Origin: a virus
IMG/VR virus record: IMGVR_UViG_3300042731_004976
Coordinates: 103,993-167,992 of that record
Reading direction: 5' to 3' (one strand)
DNA: 64,000 bases
The translations under genes were made by a program, and so were the position numbers. This document shows positions 50,607-60,751 of this stretch, piece after piece (the stretch's first letter is position 1; the number at the start of each line of letters is the position of its first letter). Below the pieces are notes generated by a model, which was given only the letters and a program-made list of their open reading frames with translations, did not search any database and was not told the origin of the DNA.

Positions 50607-50909
50607 CTAGCTGAGGCGGGGGACGCCCTTGAATCTCTTGGTGTAGCCCTTCAGAACCCGCAGGTCCCGCACGTCGTGCTTCTTGTCCTCGGGGTGGCCT
50701 GCCCAACGCACTTGTGCCTTGTCCCCGGTCACCGTTCGAACTTCACCCTCCATGCCGGCAAGGCGTGGTTCTTGATCGCCGATGTAGCGAACGATGTCCT
50801 TGGGCTTGGCCTTCTTCCACGCTTCGGTCATGGGCGGCGTATGACGCAGATCGCGAGCATGCTCGTTGAGAGTTTTCGGATCCAGCTCCAAGCCTTCGCA
50901 GATCTTCAT
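50607..50909 (-). CDS. MKIxE-leader protein 5 (SH3/KOW-like cargo)
   Basis: MKICEGLELDPKTLNEHARDLRHTPPMTEA; upstream TGATAGGCT. Confidence 0.75.
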   Translation of the reverse strand: MKICEGLELDPKTLNEHARDLRHTPPMTEAWKKAKPKDIVRYIGDQEPRLAGMEGEVRTVTGDKAQVRWAGHPEDKKHDVRDLRVLKGYTKRFKGVPRLS

Positions 50910-52269
50910 GGGAGAAAGCCTATCACCACGAGATCGGCAGGCGTAGTACCTTTTCCGAACCCCCTGTTTCCCAGGTACTTCCCTTACGGATCTTTGCGGT
51001 GCAGCCAAGCCCACAAGAAGCCCGCCATCGGAATTTCGGGAACGATGACGCACATCATCATGAAGCGCAGTCTCTCCTCGGGAGAGGCAGGAGGCTTCAT
51101 TGAGCCCTTCAGGAGCGCGTCGTTCCAACGCCCCTCGTCATGCAGGTGGAGCGTCACAAGGCCCAAGAGAAACCCCAGGCCACGTTCGAAGATGAAGAAG
51201 GAGAGCGCTAGGTCGATCATTTCCAACCCAGTAGCTCTTCTGCTTCGCCGATCAGCTCCTTGGCAGCGGCGTCGATCGCAGCCTTCACTTCAGGGAGGTA
51301 CTTCACAGCAACAATCTTGTCGTGCAAAAGGATGTGGGGGTCAATCGTTAAGCCCAAGCCAGTCACGCCAGCAATAGGAACGGCAGGATCTCCAGCGAAG
51401 TACAGAAGCCCGCAGTCGTAGTGGATCTGCCCACCGTCGCCTTCCTTGAGATCGAGACTCAGGTGCAGCATTGGTATTGGGGACCCGATGTCGTGGTAGA
51501 AGCTTCGGATCGCTTCGTCCAAGCGTGCGTTCAGCTTGTCCAGGCGCTCCAACGGAGTCAGACGTCGCACAGGCACGTTTATCACTTTTGGCTTTCTGGA
51601 GGCGCTGGCCACCCAGGGTGGTCCTGTCGCTTCCTTGAATGGTTCTCTCTCAGCTTTGAGAGAGCTACGCGGACCATTCGGTGCGCTTCGATGCGATAGG
51701 TGAGGTCGTGGATCCATTCCATCTCAGCATCGATCCCGTTGACGAGATGGTCGCGATTGAAATGCTCGGACCACGGAGGGATCGAGGCGATGGTCTCCCA
51801 TCCATCTTCGCCGTCCATGGTGAGCCGCAGTGTCATGACCGAAGCCTCCTCTGGCATCTCCTCGCACGGTCGAGTCTTGTCGCTAAACGCCTTCCACAAG
51901 TCACCGTCCGGTTCGACGTGGTCAATGATCTTGCAGCGCGTGCACTGGCGCAGTGTGCTCCCCGGGAGACCCACGCGAAAGGGAGTCGCTTTCCATTGGT
52001 GCTTCTGTGCTTTCGCACGAGGCGCGCGTCTTTCGGCAATGAGCCGGTGCAGGGTGGCTAACGGAGACGAGTCGCCTCCCTGCCTTTGAGCGAGCAGGAG
52101 GTCCATGATCTCGTTCATCTCTTTCTGGAGCGCTCGCTGCTGCGTCTGCAAGAGGTCCGCTACCAGACCTTTGCCCTCCCCCTCGCGAGCGCAGGGCACG
52201 CAGTTCTCGTTCTCGGGCACCCCGTGTTCGCACGTTCTCATCGAGCCAGTCTAGCGGCTGCGCCTGTGC

Positions 52270-52298
52270 TTGACAATCCCTATCCTAGAAGGTAGTAA
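52270..52298 (+). promoter_or_regulatory. sigma70-type promoter
   Basis: TTGACA-N17-TAGTAA. Confidence 0.55.
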
Positions 52299-53464
52299 CG
52301 AGGACTACTGATGGCGGGTTCATGCCGTTACTGACGAGGTTGGAGCCGAAAACCATGAGCGATTCAAGTCACGAGGTCCGGAAGATGATCAACGACTCGG
52401 TACCCTCTTCAGATGATGGTAGCAAAGGCACCAACATTGTGATCGGTTTCGAGCATCTTCACGCATCCATCTCAGGCGTGGTGGCGGAGCGTGATAGCCT
52501 ACGCACCGAGCGGGACGAGATGGAGCGTCGGGCGCGTGCGTTCGAGCAGGGAGCGACCAGGTTGCAGCGCGCGAGAGACGAGCTTCTCCAGGAGCGCAAT
52601 GAGGCGCGTGCCGAGGTCAAGCGGTTGCGGACCCTGCTGGAGAAATCACAGTGAGTCGACCGCGCCGTTGGGTTAAGAGGATCGTCTCCTGGATGTTCGG
52701 GCTGTTCGGTTACCGACGCTATCGACTTCGGGACACGCGGCGAGCGGACTGCTTTCTCTGTTGCAGCGCAAGTCGTACCGTGATGCGCAAAATGCCTCCG
52801 TGCCCTGAATGTGGAGGAACTATTGTCGTGCTCGGTGAGGTGACTGAATGAATCGACCCTGCCCCCTAGTTAAGCCGACCCAGCGGTACGACACGCAGCA
52901 GCGTCGCTTTACGAGATGTCAGGCCGATGATGACGGATACTGCGACTGGTCCGAGTGCCCTCAGCTACGGGACGGAGAGCCCGCGTGTTCAGGGCGCCAC
53001 TGCCCGCTGGATCTCGACGACGAGGGGGCTGAATGAATCGGCAGCGCTCGGTAGTTCAGGAAGAGCCAGTCGGCAGCGAGGACGGTCAGGGAGGACCTTT
53101 GTGCGCGGTCTGTGATGTGTGCTTCAACGGCGGCGCTTGCGAGTTGTCGGTCGAGGACCGCTACGAGCAGGAGACACTAGAGACTCTCACCCGAGAGAGC
53201 CGTCAGGGGTTGCGGTAATGAATCGGGTTCGCTACTTAGATCAAGAGCTTCGTCGTCTCAATGCGCTCATAGAGCAGAGGCAAAGCGCGGGCGCGCCGGA
53301 TGCTGAAATCATGTGCCTGAAGCACCGGGTCGAGCGTTGCATTCAAGCGCAAACAGCCGCTGAACTGGGGCCGATCAAGCGCAGGTCAGCGTGGGTTCGT
53401 CGAGAGGCGAAGCGGCTGCTCGCGGAGGTGCGCGGAATGCAGCGCTTGGTACAGGAGCCCCGCG

Positions 53465-54538
53465 ATGGCTGACCTAACCCTTGAAGAGAAGGCGACGAAC
53501 TACGAGACCTACAAGCACATCGAGGTGATCCGAAATCTCCTCAACATGGTAGTTGCGGAGCTACTACGCCGAGGAGAGATCCACGACCAATCGAAGCTGG
53601 GAGACGTCGAGCGTCAGACGTTCGTCGAGTACACGCCCAAGCTCAAGGGATCGACGTACGGGAGCGAGGAGTACAAGGGCTTCCTTCAGAAGATGAAGCC
53701 TGCTCTGGACAACCACTACGCGCACAATAGACACCACCCGGAGTGGAAGAGAGCCAATGAGGAGAAGTGGCTTCCTGTAGTAGGGTACGAGGGCCTGTAC
53801 GAGGTCAGTAATTTCGGTGACGTTCGCAGCTTGGAGAGGGTGGCCGAGAGATCAGGTCCGACAGGGGATGTTACAGTCTCCTCCCGTGTCCTGAAGCCAC
53901 ATGTTACTCCAAAGGGCTACTTACGCCTTCAGCTCAAAAAAGACGGACTCGCGAAGAATCACCAGGTTCATCGTTTGGTGGCTACGGCTTTTTTGGGCGC
54001 GCCGCAAGGTCGTAGAGATCAAGTGAATCATCTGAACGGCGACAAACAAGACAACTACCTCGGGAATCTTGAATGGGTAACGCCTTCAGAGAACCTGAAG
54101 CATGCCTACGACGAAGGTTTGAGACCGTCTGGGGCCAAGTTCGTCGTTCACTGCGTCGAAGAAGACCTAACGACGTTGGGTATTCAGAAGATGGTCGTAG
54201 AGCTACACAAGCGGGGCTACGAGGGGGTCAACTCTGGGGGCATCTGGCGTTGCATCGAAGGGGATGGTGTGTCCCATTTAGATCTTACGTTCACCAGCGA
54301 GAACGTCGAAGTCTACGGACCCCGCAGCGACATGAGGTTCATGAACCTAGTTGATCTCCTGGAGATGATCATCGATTGGAAGGCCGCTTCGATGCGGCAC
54401 GACGACGGAGACGTCATGCGGAGCATCGACATCAACACCAAGCGCTTCGGTATGGATCCTCAGCTCGTCAAGATACTCCAGAACACTGTGCGCGACTTTG
54501 GCCTGGATACGTGGCCTTGTGCGCGCGCAGTCGAGTAA
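53465..54538 (+). CDS. DUF5662-like HD protein interrupted in frame by a NUMOD4-HNH endonuclease
   Basis: HDQSK...NRHHPE and MNLVDLLEMIIDWKAA flank W.PVVGYEGLYEVSN...VHRLVA..F...VNHLNGDKQDN...NLEW. Confidence 0.85.
   Translation: MADLTLEEKATNYETYKHIEVIRNLLNMVVAELLRRGEIHDQSKLGDVERQTFVEYTPKLKGSTYGSEEYKGFLQKMKPALDNHYAHNRHHPEWKRANEEKWLPVVGYEGLYEVSNFGDVRSLERVAERSGPTGDVTVSSRVLKPHVTPKGYLRLQLKKDGLAKNHQVHRLVATAFLGAPQGRRDQVNHLNGDKQDNYLGNLEWVTPSENLKHAYDEGLRPSGAKFVVHCVEEDLTTLGIQKMVVELHKRGYEGVNSGGIWRCIEGDGVSHLDLTFTSENVEVYGPRSDMRFMNLVDLLEMIIDWKAASMRHDDGDVMRSIDINTKRFGMDPQLVKILQNTVRDFGLDTWPCARAVE
53744..54330 (+). mobile_element. NUMOD4-HNH homing endonuclease insert (boundaries approximate)
   Basis: NUMOD4 and HNH motifs inside the host HD domain. 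Confidence 0.7.
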
Positions 54539-54542
54539 GTCT

Positions 54543-54641
54543 GTGCCGAACGTTCCCATACTCATGGTGCTGCATTGCCCGCGTTGCGGCTTCCAGCACA
54601 TTGATGCTTCGGAGCCCGAGAAGGGGTGGTGCGATGCCTGA
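54543..54641 (+). pseudogene. truncated duplicate of the 54748..55041 N-terminus
   Basis: MVLHCPRCGFQHIDA.EPEKGW present twice. Confidence 0.6.
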
Positions 54642-54747
54642 CGACGGCGAACCGCCGCTATCCGAGTTTCTGTGGGACCTCGGGTTGATTTTGGGCGTGG
54701 TCTTGTTGACCTTTGCCCTCTTCTTTGTACCGCGTTATCTGTGAGGT

Positions 54748-55041
54748 TTGATGCCTGACCCAATTCCGATGGTTCTCCACTGCCCGCGTTGCGGGTTCCA
54801 GCACATCGATGCTCCGGAGCCCGAGAAGGGGTGGGAGAACCCGCCGCACAGATCGCATCTTTGTTCGAGGTGCCAGTACGTATGGCGCCCCTGCGACCTG
54901 CCCACGGTAGGGGTGGACGAGATCGACACCCGAGGCTCCCGAGACGACGATCCCGTGCCTCCGTTCGAGGACCGGGTTTGCGATGCAGTAGATCTGAGAG
55001 ACGGCAAAGACATCCGCAAGTTGGTTCGAGGAAAGAGATGA
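54748..55041 (+). CDS. Zn-binding phage protein
   Basis: CPRCGFQHID...PPHRSHLC..C..WRP. Confidence 0.65.
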   Translation: MMPDPIPMVLHCPRCGFQHIDAPEPEKGWENPPHRSHLCSRCQYVWRPCDLPTVGVDEIDTRGSRDDDPVPPFEDRVCDAVDLRDGKDIRKLVRGKR

Positions 55042-56101
55042 GTCTTCTACGGAGAATCCTATGGGCCGGAGCTAGTGCAGCGGCGCTTGCGTCGGCGTAC
55101 TACGAGGGAGTGGTGCGGGGGATCAACGGTACGACAGAACGTTACAGGGTCGAGTACGCGGAGCAAATCAAGCTGTTGAACGAGGCCGAGGTTCGCGTAA
55201 GAAAAGCGCTGAAGCTCTGTGAGCGGACTTGCGAGCCGGTCCACGCATCGTGCCCCAACGAAGTCGTTGTCGGAACAGAGAGTTCGCACATTGGTATCAT
55301 GGGCGTGCGGTGCGAAGATCCGACGGATGTCGTATGGTGCGAAGCCGTCGAGATGGAAGATGTGAACATGTTTGGCAACCACTGCGCGACTCGTTGGTTT
55401 TGTGGTCAGCCTGCCGTGGGAGATGGAGCTGATGAGTGATCTACTCAACGTAGCTGTGGCTGACGGAAAGTATACGTTCGTCCAACACGCAGACGGCAAG
55501 TTCGAGCTGCTTCGTTACGGCGAGCAATGGCGTAGTCTCATAGGAGATAACGCGGTGCTTGCACTAGCTCAGACCGCAGAGAACCTCCGCGACGAAGTCC
55601 AACGTCTGCGTGAAGCTCTCGGTCACGCAAGCACCGATGCGCATCCCATCGGATGCATCACGATCGCTCATGGAGACGAGCCTCCGTGCGGGGTTTGCCT
55701 GGGATGCCGGGCACGTGCAGCTCTACGTGATAGGGATCGCTTGGAGAAAGCAGTGCGCGCCTACGTTGCATGCCCCTCGTGCCTCGGGTCCAAATCCGAG
55801 GAGTGTGTGCACTGCAAAGGTTCAGGCTTGGATCCGAACGGACCGAGGATGCTCCTGGAGGCTCTGTGATTACGCACATGCGTGTGAACGCTCGCGTCTT
55901 CTATGTGCGCGTCTGGCAGGACGAGCGGGGTTGGTCGGCAGCGAACGATCTCTATCAGCTGTCTTGCGATGGCGGCGAGTCCGAAGACGAAGCGGTGAAC
56001 CACATCATAGGATCTGTCTACGCGGCGCTTGCCCACAAAGAGAAGCCTCCGCATGCGGTCACGTTCCTGGTCCGGAGGGACTCCGGAGACAAGCCCACAT
56101 C

Positions 56102-56836
56102 ATGAAGCTACAGCTAATCAGCGACCTGCACTTCGAGTTCCACGCGGACAAAGGTGCGTCCTTCGTAAACTCCCTGAACCCCGAGGGCGTGGACGTCCTG
56201 GTCGTTGCTGGAGACCTCGCAGTGGGTGAACAGATCTCCGATGCTTTGGGTTTGATCTGTCGTCGATACAAGGATGCGCACGTTGTATACGTTCACGGCA
56301 ACCATGAGTTCTACATGTCGGACCGAAGGAGCGTCTTGCGCGAGACCCGCAAGGCCCGTGAGCTGAACGACAACCTACACTGGCTCGATGGACACACCAT
56401 TGAAATCAGCGGACAGCGCTTTCTTGGGACGACTCTGTGGTTCCGTGAAGATCCAAAAGCCAGACCCTACGAAGGGCACTTGAATGACTTCCACGTCATT
56501 CGTGACTTTCGAGCCTGGGTCTACGAGGAGAACAGGAGAGCGAGGATCTTTCTCGAAGAGGATCTGCGCGAGGGCGACGTGGTGATCACGCACCACCTAC
56601 CCGTTCCGGAAGCCATCCATCCGAAGTATCGAGGTAGCCCTCTCAATGCTTTTTTCCTTTGCGATATGTCTCAGTTGATTGCCGATAGAAAACCTAAGCT
56701 TTGGATGCACGGTCACACGCATAGCTCGGTCGACCGTACGCTAGAAAGCGGTACCCGCGTTCTGTGCAACCCCTTCGGTTACGTGTCTCACGAGCTGAAC
56801 GCCGAGTTCCAAGACAGTCTGGTGGTCGATCTCTAG
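56102..56836 (+). CDS. calcineurin-like metallophosphoesterase
   Basis: SDLHFE, AGD, GNHE, ITHHLP, HGHTH. Confidence 0.9.
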   Translation: MKLQLISDLHFEFHADKGASFVNSLNPEGVDVLVVAGDLAVGEQISDALGLICRRYKDAHVVYVHGNHEFYMSDRRSVLRETRKARELNDNLHWLDGHTIEISGQRFLGTTLWFREDPKARPYEGHLNDFHVIRDFRAWVYEENRRARIFLEEDLREGDVVITHHLPVPEAIHPKYRGSPLNAFFLCDMSQLIADRKPKLWMHGHTHSSVDRTLESGTRVLCNPFGYVSHELNAEFQDSLVVDL

Positions 56837-57067
56837 TGTCCTTCCTAAAGAACGTCTTCCATGTCCTTCGCCATTGGGCTACTCGCTGTCCCCAGTGCGG
56901 CCTGATTGCCTACTGCGAGCAATGCGCGTTCTGCAAGGTCTGTAGGTTCGCAGCTCCCGAGGTACTGCCCCAGCCCTCCCCGCCCCTACCGCGTATCCCG
57001 TGTCGGGAGTGCAAGGAGACGACGACGCATGCGATTCACTGCTCGGTCACGCAGAAGCTGTTGGCAA

Positions 57068-57240
57068 ACTAAAAGCGCCCCAGCACGCGGAACCCGAGTG
57101 CTAGGGCGTGGGTATTAGAGTGGTCCTAGTCTAGTACCCCAACAGGAGCCGTCTCCGGGGGACCAGATCCGAAGGCGGCCTACCAGGACACCCTTCGTCC
57201 TGTCGGGACCTCCTCTTCCGCATGAGACGGAAAGAGGATT
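57068..57240 (-). ncRNA. candidate structured small RNA
   Basis: TTGACG-N17-CAAGAT promoter (57275-57247), four hairpins, terminator hairpin 57108-57076 plus TTTT. Confidence 0.5.
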
Positions 57241-57283
57241 GGTCCAATCTTGCTGAGAGAAAGGGGGCGCGTCAAGCCTCTAC

Positions 57284-57303
57284 GTACGTCCATGTGGACG
57301 CAT
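57284..57303. repeat. dispersed palindrome, copy 3
   Basis: GTACGTCCATGTGGACGCAT, between two divergent -35 boxes. Confidence 0.85.
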
Positions 57304-57343
57304 CTTGACAATCCCTAGTGTATAGGGTACGAGAAGGGTTGAG

Positions 57344-58000
57344 ATGTCGCCCAAGTATCCCAGAACCCCGCATCTTCCCTACAGCCCGGGAGGCTCGAAG
57401 GACGACCGTCGACTCTCGTCCGTGGATACTCTCCTTCGGATCCCGCTCGTCATCACGGAGAAGATGGACGGGTCCAACGTGTGTCTGGAACGAGACGGAT
57501 GCTTTGCTCGAAGTCACGCTTCCGCTCCCAAGCATCCGAGCTTCGATGCGTTCAAGGCGTACCATGCTTCGGTGAAGGGCCTGATCGGAGGGGACATTCA
57601 GATCTTCGGTGAGTGGCTCTACGCGCGACACAGCATCGCGTACACAAACCTCCCGAGCTACTTCCTGGTGTTTGGAGTCCGAGATGTCGCCAGCGGCTCG
57701 TGGGCGGAGTGGGAGGAGGTCGAAGCCTGGGCCGATTGCCTTCGGACTTTCACCGTGCCTCGGCTAGAAGTTGGTCGGTTCGAGAGCGCTTCAGACCTGC
57801 AAGAGGCGATCGAAGAGCATGCTCGGGCGAAGGGACTGCATAGAGAGCGTGAGGGCGTGGTCGTGCGTTGGGAGGAGTCGTTCGACACTGAGTGCTTCGG
57901 AGACGCGGTAGCGAAATGGGTGCGAGAAGATCATGTCCAGACCTCCGACCACTGGTCCCATCAGGCTCTTGTTCGGAACGGGCTTCTTCTCGGGGGTTAG
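57344..58000 (+). CDS. ATP-dependent RNA ligase family protein
   Basis: KYPRTPHL, TEKMDGSN, FGEW, FGV, EGVVVR, AKWVR. Confidence 0.85.
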   Translation: MSPKYPRTPHLPYSPGGSKDDRRLSSVDTLLRIPLVITEKMDGSNVCLERDGCFARSHASAPKHPSFDAFKAYHASVKGLIGGDIQIFGEWLYARHSIAYTNLPSYFLVFGVRDVASGSWAEWEEVEAWADCLRTFTVPRLEVGRFESASDLQEAIEEHARAKGLHREREGVVVRWEESFDTECFGDAVAKWVREDHVQTSDHWSHQALVRNGLLLGG

Positions 58001-58492
58001 GCGACGAGGCTCTCGATTTGAAAGCACCAGCCTCGCCACCTGACATCGAGTTGCCAGCCTCCGTTGGGGAAGGTGTACCACGCCTTGTGGATCCTCCAAT
58101 CCTTCATCTTGGGAGCCGCGAAGGGGGTCAAGATCAAGGACGTTGGTAGGACTCTCATGACGCGGCCTTTACGGCTTCGGCGATAGCCCAGCACGTGGGA
58201 CATTCCTGCGACGCGCGCCACTGATCGTTCACCCCGTCGAGGTAGCCTGTGGGAAAGGATCCTGCTTCGGAGACTGTTCCGCAAGCCGAACAGATCAGTG
58301 CATCGTGCGGGTACTGTGGCAAGCGCGGTGTTCCTACCGAGCCTGCGATTCCATTCCGCACCAGACGTCCCATGAGGCAACCGCGTGCATGAGTGAAGCG
58401 TAAGGTACCGTCCTTGAGGAGGTCGGCAGGCGCGTTACATGAGGGGCAGTGGCTGAGGTCCTTCATCTTGTGTAGCGACGATACCACGAGGC

Positions 58493-58951
58493 TCAGGGTT
58501 CTGGTGGGAAGCGGGGCTCCGGAGGCGGAGGCAAGGGCGGAGGCGGAGGAACGGGAGAGGTGTCCTCATCTCCGTTGAACGGTACGTATTGGATGGGTTC
58601 GGGATACGGCGGCGGGTCGAGAGGGATGAGGTCTTCTTCTTCTTCGTCGCGCAGAGGAGGGCCTTCGAACGGTTCGAGATCCTCTTCTACGGTCTCCCCC
58701 ATGCGCATCTCGACATCCGTCTCTTCGATAGGGTCCTCGGTGCTCGCGTCCTCTTCGTCCTCGTCGTCTCCGATGGACATTCCCACCGCAATGATCAAGC
58801 AGCACACGCCCATCACGAGACTGACGATTCGCCCTCCCAGACCGACCTTCGGGATCTTGGCTTCCTTGATCTCGAAGCCTCCTCCAATGCCTCCGGTAAG
58901 GATGAGCAGAGCCCCGAGTAGAGCAAGGATCGTTTCGATGGCGATGGTCAT
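58493..58951 (-). CDS. two-TM membrane protein with acidic/Pro-rich tail
   Basis: Two hydrophobic helices; upstream TGGTAAACT-N7-ATG. Confidence 0.6.
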   Translation of the reverse strand: MTIAIETILALLGALLILTGGIGGGFEIKEAKIPKVGLGGRIVSLVMGVCCLIIAVGMSIGDDEDEEDASTEDPIEETDVEMRMGETVEEDLEPFEGPPLRDEEEEDLIPLDPPPYPEPIQYVPFNGDEDTSPVPPPPPLPPPPEPRFPPEP

Positions 58952-59061
58952 GGCCGGGAGTTTACCACCAACCTTCGCTACGAGAGTGTCAGTGCCCGCG
59001 CCCTGGGCCTTGTGGTAGCCTAGGGGCTCCTAGATCCTCCCTTCCCGGGCAGGTGTTGAGC

Positions 59062-59406
59062 ATGGACAAGAAAGCGATTCAAGAAGGTTACGAGATGGTC
59101 GAGGCTGTCAGGGCTCGTGATATCTCTGAGAGCAAGAGCGTCATCGACTACGTCATCCCTACCAAAGAGATGTTGGCTATGGTCGATCGTGTAGAAGAGA
59201 AGGACGAGCAGGCTGGCAAACTGCTCATGGATGTCCTTCGAGAGCTGCGCAAGAAGATGGAGATCGACCAGGGCACCGCGGACGCTCTGAATCGCATTCA
59301 GGGTCTCATGCTCAAGGGCAAGAACTGGAGCCCGGAGCTGGTTCGGAACAACGTGTTCAAGGCCGCGAACGACATGAAGATCAAGTTGCCCTCGGGCATG
59401 TTCTAG
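59062..59406 (+). CDS. hypothetical protein (possible head-internal protein)
   Basis: Upstream TGTGGTAGCCT; MVEA and ISES near the N-terminus. Confidence 0.6.
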   Translation: MDKKAIQEGYEMVEAVRARDISESKSVIDYVIPTKEMLAMVDRVEEKDEQAGKLLMDVLRELRKKMEIDQGTADALNRIQGLMLKGKNWSPELVRNNVFKAANDMKIKLPSGMF

Positions 59407-59425
59407 GTCGAGCGCATCCTAGCCG

Positions 59426-59447
59426 GATGCGTCCATATGGACGCATC
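59426..59447. repeat. dispersed palindrome, copy 4 (perfect, 22 bp)
   Basis: GATGCGTCCATATGGACGCATC. Confidence 0.9.
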
Positions 59448-59507
59448 GAAACCTGCGCCAAAAGCGGCTCCCTTGACAATACTTAGCGTATAGGGTAGCC
59501 AGTACCG

Positions 59508-59834
59508 ATGACGGACTCCGAGCTAGCGGACCTTGTGATTGCGCGCCTGAACGAGATCCATTCCCACGACCCTGAAGCGCTGAAGGCTCTCATCTCTTCT
59601 CGCGTCCCCTGCAACGAGGCGCTTGCCAATCACCCGAGCGTCCAGGTAGGCATCCACGACGGCGTGACCAAGGTGGGGCTCCTGGGCATCATCAACGGCA
59701 TCGTGGGCACCATCCCCGAAGGCGAGAAGGCCGGCTGGGGTTACGTTGCCGCGGTCTTCGATGACGATGAGAAGACCCTCACCGGGTTCCGTCGTACGGA
59801 CCATCCCGAAGTCCGCCCGGAGGGAGAAGCGTGA
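59508..59834 (+). CDS. conserved phage hypothetical protein
   Basis: RVPCNEALANHPSVQV...GLLGIING; promoter TTGACA-N17-TAGCCA-N6-ATG. Confidence 0.65.
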   Translation: MTDSELADLVIARLNEIHSHDPEALKALISSRVPCNEALANHPSVQVGIHDGVTKVGLLGIINGIVGTIPEGEKAGWGYVAAVFDDDEKTLTGFRRTDHPEVRPEGEA

Positions 59835-60547
59835 CACCGCCCAAGTGCGAGAAGTGCGGTGGGGATCTCGTGAGCGTCTTGGATCCCGAGACCTTCACGA
59901 TCTCCTACAAGTGCTCGTCTTGCGAAGTCGAGGTCAAGCAGGAGCCGTCGCCTCACGCCGTCCCTCGCCGTCCCAAGCACCCCGGCAAGGGGAAGCGATG
60001 CTGACGCCGTTCGCTGACCTGGTTTTCTACTGGGGCGCCTTCTTCGCTCAGCTCGATGCGTGCCCAAACACCGAACCCTGTCGAGACAACAGGAGCCTTC
60101 AATGCACACGCAAGTAGATCATGAACCCCGCGTCTATCCCCGCAACGACCTGGAGCTGATGGTCGAGACGGAGTACCTCCGGGGGTTCAACGCCGGGGTC
60201 GACATGGCCCACACCTCTCCAAGGGCTCGACAACGCTTCCTGTACGGGCTCGGTGTCGGCTTCGGTCTTGGTCTCTTCGCAAGCGCGGTTATCCGCTTCT
60301 TGATCTTTTGGTGAGCCGTGGCTTCGCTGGCGAAGGGCCTCAGGTCTCGCTTCCGTACTTGGATGGCCAAGAGAGAGTGCCGGATCCATGGGCACCGATG
60401 GAACGTTCTAGGTGGATATGTTGACGACAACGGCGGTACGATCGTGCGCCCTATCGCTCCCACCGTTTGCCTTCGTTGCGATATGTGGCTGTGTGAGGAC
60501 GGCACGCTGAGCCCTACCGACCCCACGTTACCGAGGAAGACGAACCA

Positions 60548-60751
60548 ATGATGGGTCGACAGGACCTCGTGTTCAGGACCTGCCCGGACTGCAACGGGTC
60601 CGGGAAGAGTCGGAAGAAGAGGACGAACCCATGCTCCTTGTGCCGCGGGACGGGCAAGGCTGAGTACTGCGAGACCTGTGGGGAGATCATGCCGTGTCCT
60701 GGCACGGACCCGCAGATGTTCGACCAGGTCCGGTGCCTCTTGGAGCTGTAG
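60548..60751 (+). CDS. DnaJ-type zinc-finger protein
   Basis: CPDCNGSG and CSLCRGTG. Confidence 0.6.
   Translation: MMGRQDLVFRTCPDCNGSGKSRKKRTNPCSLCRGTGKAEYCETCGEIMPCPGTDPQMFDQVRCLLEL

Noticed and set aside
53744-54330. Intein or group I intron explanation for the HNH insert
   Set aside because: No N-terminal Cys/Ser, no His-Asn plus nucleophile junction, no non-coding intron core visible
22221-59447. CRISPR repeats or IS ends as the origin of the 20-bp palindrome
   Set aside because: Copies are kilobases apart with no spacers, and there is no cas or transposase gene in the window
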